Part shown: positions 30,139-41,570 of the stretch, in pieces
How the letters are laid out: every line of letters begins with the position of its first letter
Position numbering within the stretch: the stretch's first letter is position 1
Source of the DNA: an uncultured Acidobacteriota bacterium
GTDB taxonomy: Bacteria > Acidobacteriota > Blastocatellia > RBC074
DNA: 64,000 nt
Direction of reading: 5' to 3'
NCBI GenBank assembly: GCA_963743045.1
Contig: CAVUOF010000032.1
Span: 69,611 to 133,610 of the forward strand
The notes under the pieces: generated by a model
The model's input: the letters and a program-made list of their open reading frames with translations, nothing else
What the model was told of the DNA's origin: nothing
The model's database searches: none
Program-made: the position numbers and the translations under genes

Positions 30139-31426
30139 CTAAGCCTGAAAACCCTTACAGAGACGACAGGATGGAGTAGCACCACGCGCTACTGGAGCGA
30201 GCGCCCGTTGAGCAGGCGTCGGATGAAATGAGCGGCTCAGAAAGACCGAGACCACACCCGGATCATTCGGTCCCGATACCTGTGAAACATTGGTCACGGC
30301 CAGGTCTGGAACGCCATCACGATCGAAGTCCCCCGCACCTATCGTGTAGGCGCCACCCCGCGTCATGAGATTGATCCCATCCTTGAATGTTCCGTCGCCC
30401 TTGCCGAGGAGGACCGTGATTCCCTTTGCCGTGCTCTGACCAATCGAGTCGGTGCTCAGGTTGGCGACTGCGATGTCGAGATTGCCATCAAGATCGAAGT
30501 CCGCCACTGCCAGCCACAAGGGGTCTCTGCCTACGGCAGGTTGTGCGGTACGAGCAAAAGCGCCGGCGCCATTTCCAAGGAATACGCTGACGGTCGCGTT
30601 GACCGAGTCCGCGCTGATCAGATCAAGATTGCCGTCGTGATTGATGTCTACGGAGAGCAGGTAATGGGGCCCGGCACCACTTGTCAGGGTAGTTCCCTCT
30701 CGAAACGTCCCGTCGCCATTTCCTAACTTGATGGCAATTGCACTGTCGTCGAGTACGGCAATCGCGAGGTCTGCTTTGCCGTCGCCATTGAAGTCTCCGA
30801 TTGCCAGCCGCATGGGGACGGTGGCCCGCGTCGAAGCGCGTTCCGTTAGCAGCCGAAGCGTCGAAGAACGTGCCATCGCCGCGGCCGATGAAGATCGAGA
30901 CTAAATTGCGCTCGTCTTCTGCGACCGCCAGGTCCATCTTACCGTCGTTATTCAGATCACCAACGGCGACGTGATGCGGCTGGAGTGAATTGAAATCGTG
31001 TCCGGCGAAGAATGTGCCATCGCCGCGCCCGAGGAGAATGGAGCAGGTTCCAACACCATAGTTGGTGACTACGAGATCGAGGTTTCCGTCACCGTTGAAA
31101 TCGCCTGCAGCAATAGAACTTGGGTAGTCGTCTGCCTGCTGCTTGCCAATGGGGTAAGTGCGGGCCCTCGAGAAGACGCCGTTGCCGCCACCAAGCCGGA
31201 CTACGAGCGAGGGAACGTATGTACTGCCGCTCGGCTGGTAAAAGTTGGTCTGCACGAGATCAGGTATCTTGTCGTGATCGAGATCGACGACAAGCAATCC
31301 GTAGGGCGTATAGACCCGGTCATTGAGCTGAGTACGCAGATAGTCGATGCCTTGTTCTGAATGTATCGCGGGATTCAGCGCGACCGCCAGACCCACGAGG
31401 GTGAGGAGTATGTAAAGCTTTCTCAC
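30139..31426 (-). CDS. FG-GAP/VCBS repeat exported protein, copy B (frameshifts near 30850 and 30215)
   Basis: Nearly identical to copy A (the first 26 residues are identical). Split between ORFs 30623..31426 and 30139..30876. A 1-nt difference near the 3' end extends the reading frame past the stop used in copy A. Confidence 0.7.
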
Positions 31427-31569
31427 GGTTTATCGCTCCAGGCAGTCACTGTTCAAGTCAGCGGACCGGTAGGGAGGTTCCCGCGAGAGGCGACCACCGG
31501 TTGTTGGCCTTGCGCAGACGGTGCCAGAACATGCGGCGGCAAGAGGACCTGTTCGGGACGAAGGCCGCC
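30188..31569. repeat. Segmental duplication, copy B (pairs with 11838-13218)
   Basis: See copy A. Confidence 0.8.
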
Positions 31570-31771
31570 GTCACTATTCTCTTTCCCGCTGAGCATGGGA
31601 CCGCCTCGTGCAGGAAGTCGGCTCAAAGATTGGTTCGCTGCCGGGCCCCGAATGGTATCCGAGTAATGCGCAAGTATTTTGAGAAGGGCAAAAGCCCTTC
31701 GTCTGTGATGCAGGTGGATCGCCGCCTCGATATTCATTCCTGGCCCGGCTGTCGGATCGTGGCCACTTGCG

Positions 31772-33998
31772 CTAGTAGTGGAACCGGTAGGTGACAGCTG
31801 CATAAATCTGTCTCGGGTCGGCATAGTGAGTGCCATTGAAGGTCTCACTGTTGTCCAACAGGAACCGCCGGTTGGCTACATTCAGCATGTGAACGGCAAT
31901 TGAGAGTTTTTCGCCCATAGCCTTTCCCAACGCCAGGTCGAAGGTCGTGTGCCCCGGAAGATGTTGGGGCGCATTGTCTCCATCGACGAAGCCCGACCCA
32001 TAGTAGACGTTGGTAGCTGCAAATGCGCTCCAGGGGAGACGGATATCCCCTCCCACGTTGAGCGTGTTGCGCTGATCATGGTCGAGGAGGAAGTAGTCGC
32101 TCGGCGGAGAGAAGTCGGTCAAGCCACCAGTCACGGCTCCCTGTCCTTCCAGTTTCAACCAGGCATAGGCCGCGTGCACTTGAGCTCGCTGAAACAGCCT
32201 TGGCGAATTGACAGTCACCTCCCACCCTCTGGCCCTGCCTCGCTCAATGGTCACCGGAAAGAAGATGTTCGAGTCGCCGAGCGCATTGTGATCGAAGAGA
32301 TTCTTCGTGCCGGTATGAAAGTAGTCTCCGTCGAGCGTCCAGCCACGAACGGGGAGTGTCAATCCGACCTGATACTCTTCGTTGCGTTCGCCGTGCAGCG
32401 GCAGAAAGGCGAAGCCCTCGTCGAGCGCGAAATCGATCACCGGGCCTTGAACGGTAGACAACGGCGGAGCCTGATAATAACGGCCATAGAATCCTCTCAG
32501 CACCAGACCTGCGCGAGGCAGACGAACCGCGACGCCCGCGCGAGGACTTCCAATGGTCTCGCTCACTCCTCCGTCGAAATGGGTCAATCGCGCGCCCAGA
32601 GTGAGAGTCAGCCAGCCGGTCGGCTTCATCTGATCCTCGAGAAAGAAGGCCTCCAGGTTCCCTGACGGCTTCTCCCTTTGGAGCAGGCTTCCTCCAGTCC
32701 CGTCGTTCGCCTGGAGACCGAAAGAGGCGGTGTCGCTCTGATAGAACGCGTAAACGCCAGCTTTTGCGCTGTGACGATTTGCTCAGCCAGCTGAGCGTCA
32801 CCTGGCCTCCGGCATAGTTCGAAAGGCGTTTCTCCTGCGGGATTATCGGGTTGTCATCGGGACCGCCAAGGAATGACGCATTGTTGAAATGCAGGAATGG
32901 AGAGACAGTCAGCAGCAGGCGCGGTGTGAGAGTTCGGACCCAGGAGAGGTTGATATACCCGTCACTCTCAATCTCGACGTCTCTGATACCGGCCGCTTGT
33001 GTCTCTGGATCGTTGGGCACCTGGTAGAAGTCGCGACGTGCTGAGGCCACCAGACGCAGTTGATCGACGGGAGTCGCGTTGAATGCCAACGAAACGAATG
33101 CCCCGATGCCGTTTCCCAAATCATGGATGACATCCGGTCCCGGGGTCGCCAATCCATAGTCGCTCCGGTTGCCGTTGAGGCTCACAAAATAGGCGAACCG
33201 CTGAGTGTGACTGGCAAAACTGACCTGGTCATTGGTCTGGTTGAAGCTGCCGTAGCTCAGCCTCAGCTCACCTTCCTGATTGCGCTCAAATCCCGACCTC
33301 GGCACGACGTTGAAGACGGCATAAGTGCGGTCGCCGTAGGCTGCCGAATAACTTCCCCGCTGCACTTCGAGGTAATCAATATCTTTCGGATCCACTTGTG
33401 GCGCCACATTGCTGGCGATATTGGTGTTCGGCACCGGAACACCGTCGATCAGCCAGCTGACCTGGTGCCCGCCGCGAACATGCAGGAGATCGTGTGTGAC
33501 ATAGGCTCCCGGAACGTAGTTGGTAATCATCGCCAGGCTGTTGCTGCGATCCGCGCCGGGCGTCCGCGCAATCCTCTCTCGTCCGATAAGAGTCGTAGGC
33601 GTTGGTGAATCCGAACCAATGAGCTCGGGCGCCTCCACGACATCGACTCCTTGCGTAACCGGAGCAATATGCATTGCAAATTCAAGGATTGGGGCATTGT
33701 CCGTGAGAACCGTCACCGGCTGCTCAATCCTGGCGAACCCGCCCGCCTCAACCGTCAGAACATACTCGCCGACGGGAACCGAACGAAAAATGAACTCGCC
33801 GTGATCATCCGTCACAACGGAAAGAACCAGTTGCGAGGTGCGCGATTGGAGGGTCACTTGAGCACCCTTTATTGCCTGCTGCTGAGGATCACGCACCAGA
33901 CCACGCACGTCGCCGAGTACAGCGGCATTCAGGTTTGAAATCATCGCGAGCAGAATGACGGCTGGCAGGATGACAAATAGCAACACCTTTCGACGCAT
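31772..33998 (-). CDS. TonB-dependent receptor (carboxypeptidase-regulatory-like N-domain); at least one frameshift (~32650-32760)
   Basis: Signal MRRKVLLFVILPAVILLAMISNLNA. GLVRDPQQQAIKGAQVTLQS..GEFIFRSVPVGEYVLTVEAGGF, then plug RTPGADRSNSLAMITNYVPG..VRGGHQVSWLIDGVP. The C-terminal ORF 31772..32629 ends YAAVTYRFHY*. Confidence 0.75.
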
Positions 33999-34028
33999 GA
34001 TACCTCCCTTCGTCGAAGCGGCTTGACC

Positions 34029-36816
34029 TCAGAATGTGAGTCGCAATCCGAATTGAATCTGCCTGGGATCTGCCGCCCCTGTGGGCGTCCCGAACGCCGG
34101 CGGCGGAATTGTCCCTGTTCCAAAGGTTGCGTTCGGGAGCTGCAGGTTGGCGCGATTGAGCAGGTTGAAGCCCTCGGCCAGCACATCGAGGCCGAATCTC
34201 TCGGTGAACCTGAAATGGCGGCTGAGTCTCATATCGAAAGAAGCAAAATCAAACCCGACGCCTGTGTTTCGGCCAACTCCGACAGGCCGGTCATTGACCG
34301 CCGTATCATTGTTACGATCGTTGCCAGTTACGATGTTGAAGGGCAAGGACGAGCCATAACTGAAGATGTAGCTCAACTGGAATCCTGACACGGCTCGCCG
34401 CCAGAATGGCTCACCGGCAGCCGCCGTTGGGCTCGACAGCGAACCGCTGATTACAAGTCGATGCCGCTGATCGTTATCCGACAGGCCCCGGTCATCGCGT
34501 AGATTGGAGTTATCCTGCGGGCCGGAAAAGAAGGCGCTTCCCGTATTATCGATCGCCTTCGAGAACGTATAGGAGAGTCTTAAGCCGGCCCAGCTCTTGA
34601 ACCTGCGATTGAGTGAGACAGTCAACCCGTTGTAGTAGGCGTCGCCTGAGCCTTCGTAGCGGCTGATGTTGGCGAAGAGAGGATCGGGACGGCCAAGATT
34701 GGCGATGCCTTTCTGCGTTGCCTCCGCCGCCGAGACGGTTGGAACATTGACGTTGCGCGAAAGAATGACGTGCAGACTCCGCACGTAGACGTACCCGACC
34801 GAGAGCGACGTCGACGAGGCAATCTCGCGCTCCACCTGGAGGCTCGCCCGCAGCGCGTTGGAATTCTCTATGTCAGGATCGATGCGCGTAATGCTGGCCA
34901 GCAACCCGGTCGGAAACGCCGGCAAAACGCTCGGGAAGATGGGTGTACCGGGCTGTCCGAACGGGATCACCGCGACCAGGTATTTCGTGCCGTCACGCTG
35001 CAGAGCATTCGATGTGGCGCGCAGGGGAATGCGATCGTAATAGGTACCATAGCTCGCACGAATGACCGTCTTGTGGTCGCCCGGCGACCAGGCGATGCCG
35101 AGACGGGGAGATATATTGTTGGTGTCTGTTTTGATCGGATCCGGCAGAAACTGCAGGTCGTAACGCAGCCCCAGATTGATCGTGAAATTCTTCAGCCGCC
35201 ATTCGTCCTGAACAAAGAACCCGACGTTTGGATTCGACTGAAACTGGCCTGGTGCTCCGAACGCCTGCTGGAAAGTTACGTACTGGCCGCGAATGAAATT
35301 GGCAAGGTTGGAGAATGTATAGACGCCCTGGAGCGCCCCGGGAAACTCGATGTCGACGCGGTTGAGCAGAAAATCGAGCCCGAATTTCAACGAGTGGGCC
35401 CCTCGACGAAGTGTCATGCTATCGACCGCCTGAATCGAGTCGATATTGCGCTCAGTGGGAGACGACGTCGCTGTGCCCATATTGGCCACACCCGATATCG
35501 AGATGGCCGGGCCGATGAGATCGTTCGGCGGAGCTCCCAGACGGCTGCGCGTGTACTGGAACCGAGCCTCGTTCATCAGTCGCGGAGAGAGAGTGGCGAC
35601 CTCGCTCAGGACTATCGATTGATCGCGACTGTCGAGTGCCGTTCCTCGGCTCACAGCATTGATTCCGCCAACGTTGCGCGCATTGAGGCTCGAAATGTCG
35701 TAGTAGCTGTAACGAGCCGAAAGCAGGTTTGCCGGGTTTATCCGATGGTCCACTCGAACAAAGACGTTGGATGTGTTGTAACCGGCCGGCGCGAGTCCGG
35801 TCTCAACTCTCGATGCGGAGTATTTGACCTGGTTGAGAATGTCATTGATGGCCAGCACGCTGGCCGGCGTTATCGTCAGGACAACTGCGTTATGAAGCCG
35901 CGTCTGCTCGAAGTTGGCAAAGATGAACGTCCGATCCCTGACTATCGGGCCTCCCCCCGTGGCTCCGTATTGCGCTTGCGTCAACGGGTCCTTCGTCCTG
36001 GCCAGAGGATTTCGCGCGTCAAAACGCTGGTTGCGCAGGAAGCCGTACAACCGGCCATGCCAGTCATTGGTTCCTGACTGCGTGACTGACATTGATGATT
36101 CCCGCAGATGCTCGCCCGTACTCGGCGATACCACCGGAAGTGATGACCTGAAACTCACGAATCACGTCCTGGCTGAAGAAGGTCGCCGGAAGATCGGCAG
36201 CATCGTCGTTGGAGGAGAGCCCATCCAGCAGAAATCCGTTGTTGATATTCCTCTGGCCGGTAACCGAGATCGCCGTGCCTGGGACTGCGGAAGTCTCGGC
36301 AAAGCGCTGGTTACTTACAGGATTTGCTCTCGTCACTCCCGGCGTCAGCGCCGCAAGGTCGAGATAATTGCGCCCGTTCAGCGGAAGCGAATCGACCTCC
36401 TTCGGGAGTATGGTCTCGGATACCTGGGTACGCGCGGTCTCTATGATCGGCGCATCCGAATGAACCTCGATTTGTTCACTGACGACGACACCCAGCTTAA
36501 TAGGAACGTCGAGCGTCTGGCCGACAGTGAGAGACAATGCGAGAACAAAGGTGGCAAATCCATCTCGTTCAGCTTTGAGTTGATAGCGTCCGACAGGCAG
36601 ATATGTAAAGCGATATCTGCCCTGGGCATCACTCGTCGTTTGCCATGTTTCGTTCTGATCAACCCTCGTCACGGTGACCGTAGCGCGGGCCACCATGGCG
36701 CCCTGCATGTCTTCGATAGTGCCGCTGAGCGTAGCCGAGGTAACGCTCTGTTGTGCTCTGGCCGTCGCAGCAGTCAAAAGGAGAAGGACTGCGAGCATGG
36801 CCAACCTGCGTCTCAT
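34029..36816 (-). CDS. TonB-dependent receptor (carboxypeptidase-regulatory-like N-domain); one frameshift (~36070-36150)
   Basis: N-terminal ORF 36064..36816 (MRRRLAMLAVLLLLTAATARAQ, GTIEDMQGAMVARATVTVT..GRYRFTYLPVGRYQLKAERDGF, LPLNGRNYLDLAAL). A 709-aa barrel ORF follows, ending ADPRQIQFGLRLTF*. Confidence 0.8.
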
Positions 36817-36945
36817 ACTCCTCCGAACTTCCTCTTTGCGTCCCCTGGGACCGCAGAGAAGTGGAGATCAGCTGAATGAGCGCTGCATGAACTGTCGCTG
36901 CACGAGCGGATTCAACTCGAGCAACCTGACAGTGTCAGCGCAAGA

Positions 36946-37347
36946 TTAGCTTTGACGGAGAGTATGGGCCGGAGGTGCTCGCGGCGATGCGATTTCGAAG
37001 CGGTCTGCCTCGTGAACTCGCCTTACCTGAGCGTGCGGGATCGCAGGCGGAGCCATCGCTTCGAATTGGTGCGAATGGTCGCCAGCGGCAGTACCAGTGA
37101 AGTTTGAGGACGAAACACCTGCAGTCGAGCAACTGCCGGGGCATGGGCGATTGAGCTCCGGATTGCGAATCTCGTCTCTGCCCGATGGGATTTCGCCCTT
37201 GACGTAAGCATGATGTGGAGAGCAACAGCAATGGCCGACGGCCACGCAGCACTCCATGGTACAGACATCAGCCTCGTAGGTTGCGAAGGCGAGAGGCGCA
37301 GACAGCCAGCCAAGCAGCAGTGCAAGTAGTGCGCTTGCAGCGCGCAA
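36946..37347 (-). CDS. Exported Cys/His-cluster protein, paralog 1 (C-x3-CC-x4-HCCC-x-P-HH), first gene of the receptor operon
   Basis: A TTG start at 37347 gives (M)RAASALLALLLGWLSAPLAFA|TYEADVCTMECCVAVGHCCCSPHHAYVKG...NRPCPG...ASPRAPP.... It lies 129 bp upstream of the receptor gene on the same strand. Confidence 0.55.
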   Translation of the reverse strand: MRAASALLALLLGWLSAPLAFATYEADVCTMECCVAVGHCCCSPHHAYVKGEIPSGRDEIRNPELNRPCPGSCSTAGVSSSNFTGTAAGDHSHQFEAMAPPAIPHAQVRRVHEADRFEIASPRAPPAHTLRQS

Positions 37348-37681
37348 ATTGAGCTTTGCTCTGGCGAAGCATTATCATGAACTTAAGTAGAGGAACTGGA
37401 CTTTGCTAGTTGCACCTTACTCCGGCGGATTGGGTCAGTCAAGCGCAATCTATTGCACCTTGTTTCCCGCCGCCGCCAAGAGAACAGCCGCTGCCGCGGC
37501 TCCAGCAATGCCACAATCCATTGACAAGTCAGCTCGCATCGGAGCATTCCGGAAGTACAACTGAACTCACGGCAGAAGATACTCAGCGTCGCCTGTCCCA
37601 TCGCCATTTAGGTTTCTCTCGCGAACGATACGCGACGTAAAGGAATGATTGACGAACACGCCCCGGAGCTGACGCCCAACG

Positions 37682-37975
37682 ATGGATGAGGATAAGGGCG
37701 AGTCTCCAACCACACCTTCGGTCCGACAGACCGTTGGCCATTACCGGATTCTGTCCACGCTCGGAAAAGGTGGGATGGGTGAGGTCTATCTCGGCGAGGA
37801 CAAGCGGCTCGGCCGCAAGGTCGCTATCAAACTGCTGCCCGCGAGATTCACGACTGACACCGGGCGCTTGAGACGCTTCGCCCAGGAATCGCGGGCCGCC
37901 TCAGCACTCAATCATCCGAACATCATACGATTCACGAGATCGGCGAGGCTGCAACGGAGCATGGGCAACCCCAAC
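37682..37975 (+). pseudogene. N-terminal fragment of a Ser/Thr protein kinase (frameshifted, 3'-truncated)
   Basis: [36 protein letters not shown]...ALNHPNII shows the Gly-loop and VAIK lysine. After a 1-nt shift it reads [12 protein letters not shown], then similarity is lost. Confidence 0.6.
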
Positions 37976-38425
37976 AGTTGCGCCGAAGTTAACCCGGGCT
38001 TTGCCGACGCGTGTGGTGTACCACGTGGCGACCGGCGACACTCCGACTTCCAGTTCGAGCGCCGTCGTCGCTCAATCGCGCGCCTTGAAGCGGTAATTCT
38101 CATCCGTTTGACCGTGTGAATGGAGATCAATGAAGCCCGGGCGCGACAACTACAGCCCGCGGGCATCAATGACTGTCTGCCCGCGGAGAGGCGAAGCGGA
38201 AATGGCCTCTATTCGCCCGCCACGGATGCCGACATTGCGGATGGCATCGAGGCTGGATCCCGGATCATCGTGCGGCCAATTGGCGAGAACGATATGGAAC
38301 ACTGGACCGGTCTGCGCAACCGTGATCCTGAGCGTCAAAGCCGTGGCTGAGCATAGAAGCAGCATCGCTCCGATCAGAAGAGCCTTTCTATTGAGCTTGA
38401 TGAGCTCTGAAGAGACACGGGTCAT
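37950..38425 (-). pseudogene. N-terminal fragment of an amidohydrolase (D-aminoacylase-like), frameshifted, 3'-truncated
   Basis: MTRVSSELIKLNRKALLIGAMLLLCS...IRNVGIRGGRIEAISASPLRGQTVIDARGL, then with frame shifts [43 protein letters not shown]. It runs into the kinase fragment head-on. Confidence 0.5.
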
Positions 38426-38510
38426 ACTTCCTCATTTGAGCGGAACAAGGTGGGATCGTGCAGGCGGTGCAGGCGCAGATGCCCGTTCTCGAGGGGAAGA
38501 AGCGGGTCGA

Positions 38511-40065
38511 TCATCTACGCTTCGCGGGTTTGCCGATGGCAATCTGAAAGATCGCGCTCTTGCCTGAAGCGTGCGGCGAGAAGAATTGGACCACGTAATC
38601 ATCGTAAAAAGTCAGGCCAGTGGCGCCGAAACCCTGACTGTAGGCCGCAAGATATATCTTCCCGCCGATGATCCCCATTCCAACTGAACCGCGCGATAGC
38701 CCCGATTGCCAAATTGATGCAAGATGGCGTTCAAATCGGCCAGAAAGAATATGGTCGCGCTGGCATCGGCGGGCAGGTCTTGTTCAAGGCCCAGGTAACC
38801 CGCCTCGGCACGAAAGTCTCCTTCCTTGAGCAGCTCCAGCGCCAATAGGTCGCTGTGCAGCACATACGCGCCAGGCCGCAAATCTTCAACCGCGTGAACG
38901 ATGAGATAGAGATGGTTGAGATGCATCCGACCGGCGCGAGGAAATCGGTCGGAATGGCTTGCATTGAGTGATAGAGCAAGTTTGAGAGTTGAGCGAAAGA
39001 AATCGGCTCGCGTGCAAACCGCCGCGTCGAGCCGCGCTTGAGGATCACCCGCCCGAGCGGCGCGCCCAAGCTTCGGCGCCGGTCAATGGTTTGAGAGCGA
39101 TCAACTCTGCGGTCGGCTCTGCAGATTGTTGAACCGGAGCGCCGTCGCGCCAGGCTCGCACTTCTTCCAAATCAAGGAGCGATGAGGCAGCGTGCATCAA
39201 GCGCATCGCCGGGTAATCAATCTCCTTAGGGGAGTAAGATGTACTTGCAAGTTTAGGGGTGCGATCCGCGCTGGCGCGGCCGGAGGCGGCGCGGCGCCCA
39301 GCCAAGCGGCACGATCGAAAACCCGACTTCGCGCTCGCTGTCGAGATCTAACAACCTATTCACTTCATGATCTACAAATCCCATGACAACGCGCGCCGGC
39401 ACGTTGAGCGCCGCGGCCACCGCCAGCAAATTGCCAAGGAGCGTGCCGTTGTCCCAACCGAAATGACGATAGGTGCGTGCCTGATATTTCCATGCATTGC
39501 GCCAGTAGATCGCCGAACAGACGATCGTCACGGGCGCGCTTGAAACAGACGGCTCTAACGCGGTCGCCTGAGCGAGCGCGCTGCGGTAATCGCCCTGACG
39601 CAATCGCCGGAGGGCGAAATCACCGGGATTGAAGTGGTAGATGCCTGCTTCGAGATCGGGCAGATCGCCGCAGACCAGATACAGCTCGGTCTCGTAGAGG
39701 GCTCCCGTGCACGATGCCGCGCGGAAAAGGATCTCGCCAACCGGATACGTCTTTCGCCTGGTGATTCCAGCGGAATAAAACAGAATTCGCGCAAGGTCCT
39801 TCAGATCGGGTATTACTTCTTGTTGCGGAGCGACAACCGTGGTGGAGATCGCATCGAGAGCGGCGATATCCGATAAGGGCTCCGATAAAGGCTGCAACGA
39901 GGGCATGACGCTGGGGAGCGGGATCGGATCGAGGGTGGAATAGACCTTGAACGGCATCGGCCGGTTCGGCCAATCGAGGAAGTGAGCGTTTTCGTGCACG
40001 CTTCGATACGAATGCTTTGTGCCATCGTGATATGCCCAAGCAGCCTCGAGGTCCCGATTAACCAT
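38511..40065 (-). CDS. Two-domain SagB/ThcOx-type nitroreductase-family protein; at least 3 frameshifts
   Basis: N-terminal half intact (39253..40065: AWAYHDGTKHSY...FRAASCTGALYETELYLV..WRNAWKYQARTYRHFGWDNG). The second half is spread over ORFs 39045.., 38731.. and 38612... A further frame ends GIIGGKIYLAAYSQGFGATGLTFYDDYVVQFFSP...GKPAKRR*. Confidence 0.65.
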
Positions 40066-40293
40066 GGCTATCCTCCCAAAAACCTGAGGCTAACTCTGAA
40101 GCCGTCTCCGATTCCAATCGGAGTGGTTACCCAAAGAGGTCATGTCCAGGTTTCATCTATCAATCTTCCACAATGGGTGCCAGATCATAAGCTCAAGTGC
40201 TGCCCAAGGGAGCAATTGGGAGGGCGGCGACTTGTCTCCGCTTTTGCGTTAGTTAGTGGAGCACTTCATTTACAGCCCATTTCTCCTTCATGC

Positions 40294-40476
40294 GCAGCGT
40301 CGATAAGTCGCCGAGACACCTCTGGGCTTATGTTCGAGTGCTCAGATGCACCGGAATCGGTGCCGCAGACTGTCCAGTCTGCGGCGGCCTTCGCTACTGC
40401 ACCATCCAAAGGATATCGGGGCCTAATCTCGAGTGCTGCCGCAGGCTGGACAGCCTGCGGCACGATTGCGGTCTGC
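40294..40476 (+). repeat. ~180-bp two-hairpin REP-like unit (single copy)
   Basis: GCAGCGTCGATAAGTCG...TTATGTTCGAGTGCTCAG...GCCGCAGACTGtccCAGTCTGCGGC...GCCGCAGGCTGgacCAGCCTGCGGCACGATTGCGGTCTGC. Same unit and same orientation as at 41571-41945. Confidence 0.75.
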
Positions 40477-41107
40477 GGCAGCCCCTACAGGCGCCCCTGC
40501 AAAACAGACCCGGTTTTTTTGCCAGCAGTTAGGCTCCATCGCAAGCTCCATTTCAGAAACCGCAGAAATAGGAGTCCCTGACCAACGCCGAAGCACAAGC
40601 TGATCAGGACGTGGGAAACGCCGGTGTGTAAGCCGGACAATCAACCCGGCCAAATAGCCTCGCAACTCCTCAATCGAAACATCGCCCGGCAGATCGACGT
40701 CGTCACCCAGTTCGATCTGGCTGAGTACCCATCCCAATTGCGCAGGCGTCAGCCCCTTGTCCTTGGTCACCGCTGCGCTGAGCGCACTCTCTAACTGGTA
40801 GCCAGCCAACTCCAATGCACGTACGTCTACGAGGTCACGTATTTCCGAGCGCGATAAGAGCGCGCAGAGTTTGTTAGCCATAATCTCCTGCGGCGGGTCG
40901 ACACGAATGCCATTGATTAGCCGCTTGTCCGGCGCCACTTGCATGACGTATTCACGGGCCAGGTCGATGGTCACCGTCATGTGCTCCTCCATGTCCCAGA
41001 TGAAAGCCGACCAGCGCAGCACCACCAGTGAGAAAGAAGCGGTCGTCGCGCCGAAAGAAAGCGCGCAGGAAATCCTGTTGCAAGGCGCTTAGTTGGTGGT
41101 TAGCCAA
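40423..41107 (-). pseudogene. Degraded AbiEii/AbiGii-type nucleotidyltransferase toxin remnant
   Basis: N-terminal frame: LSALQQDFLRAFFRRDDRFFLTGGAALVGFHLGH.... C-terminal frame: MTVTIDLAREYVMQVAPDKRLINGIRVDPPQEIMANKLCALLSRSEIRDLVDVRAL...KDKGLTPAQLGWVL. The central ~50-70 aa expected for the family appear to be missing, and the ORF tail runs into the repeat. Confidence 0.5.
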
Positions 41108-41409
41108 GCAACCCTTCCTTCCGCCAGTGACCAAACAAGAATTCCCAGAAGCCCCGCCGCCGCCCAAGCTGTGGTGCCAGAGCCGGCCAGCGGCGCCATG
41201 CTTCGGCCGGGGAAATGAAGAGCCAGACATCGGTGTCGCGCGCCTCACGCAGCAGCTTTGCCAAGAGCCGGTTCTGCTCCGGCGATTGAAGCGGTCTCCA
41301 ACCGGAGGCGGAATTGGCGCACCGTCATCGGCTCGTCCCACAGAAAGTAGGGTATTTCGTCGGGGCCGCTGAGATTCGTGGAGAGCCGTGCTCCGGGATT
41401 AGCGTGCAT
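41100..41409 (-). CDS. Small partner ORF of the nucleotidyltransferase (antitoxin-like), one frameshift near 41285
   Basis: MHANPGARLSTNLSGPDEIPYFLWDEPMTVRQFRLRLETAS, then after a shift EQNRLLAKLLREARDTDVWLFISPAEAWRRWPALAPQLGRRRGFWEFLFGHWRKEGLLG*. Its stop overlaps the putative TTG start of the downstream gene. Confidence 0.4.
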
Positions 41410-41570
41410 GATGTCTCCGCCCCTCAAATGTTTGTTGCTCCGCGTCGTGATCTGTGAGATTTCGGGATGATTATAGCAAGTACCGGCTCCCAGCTGGCCT
41501 TGGAACGTGTTGACTCGGCAATTTCGCTCGCTACCCCAGCGTCTTGCGAGACCATTTCTGCTTCATGACA

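Noticed and set aside
38511-40065. Thiazole/oxazole-modified peptide (TOMM/RiPP) cluster suggested by the SagB-like dehydrogenase
   Set aside because: No YcaO/cyclodehydratase, precursor peptide or export genes lie within reach. The neighbours are gene fragments and repeats.
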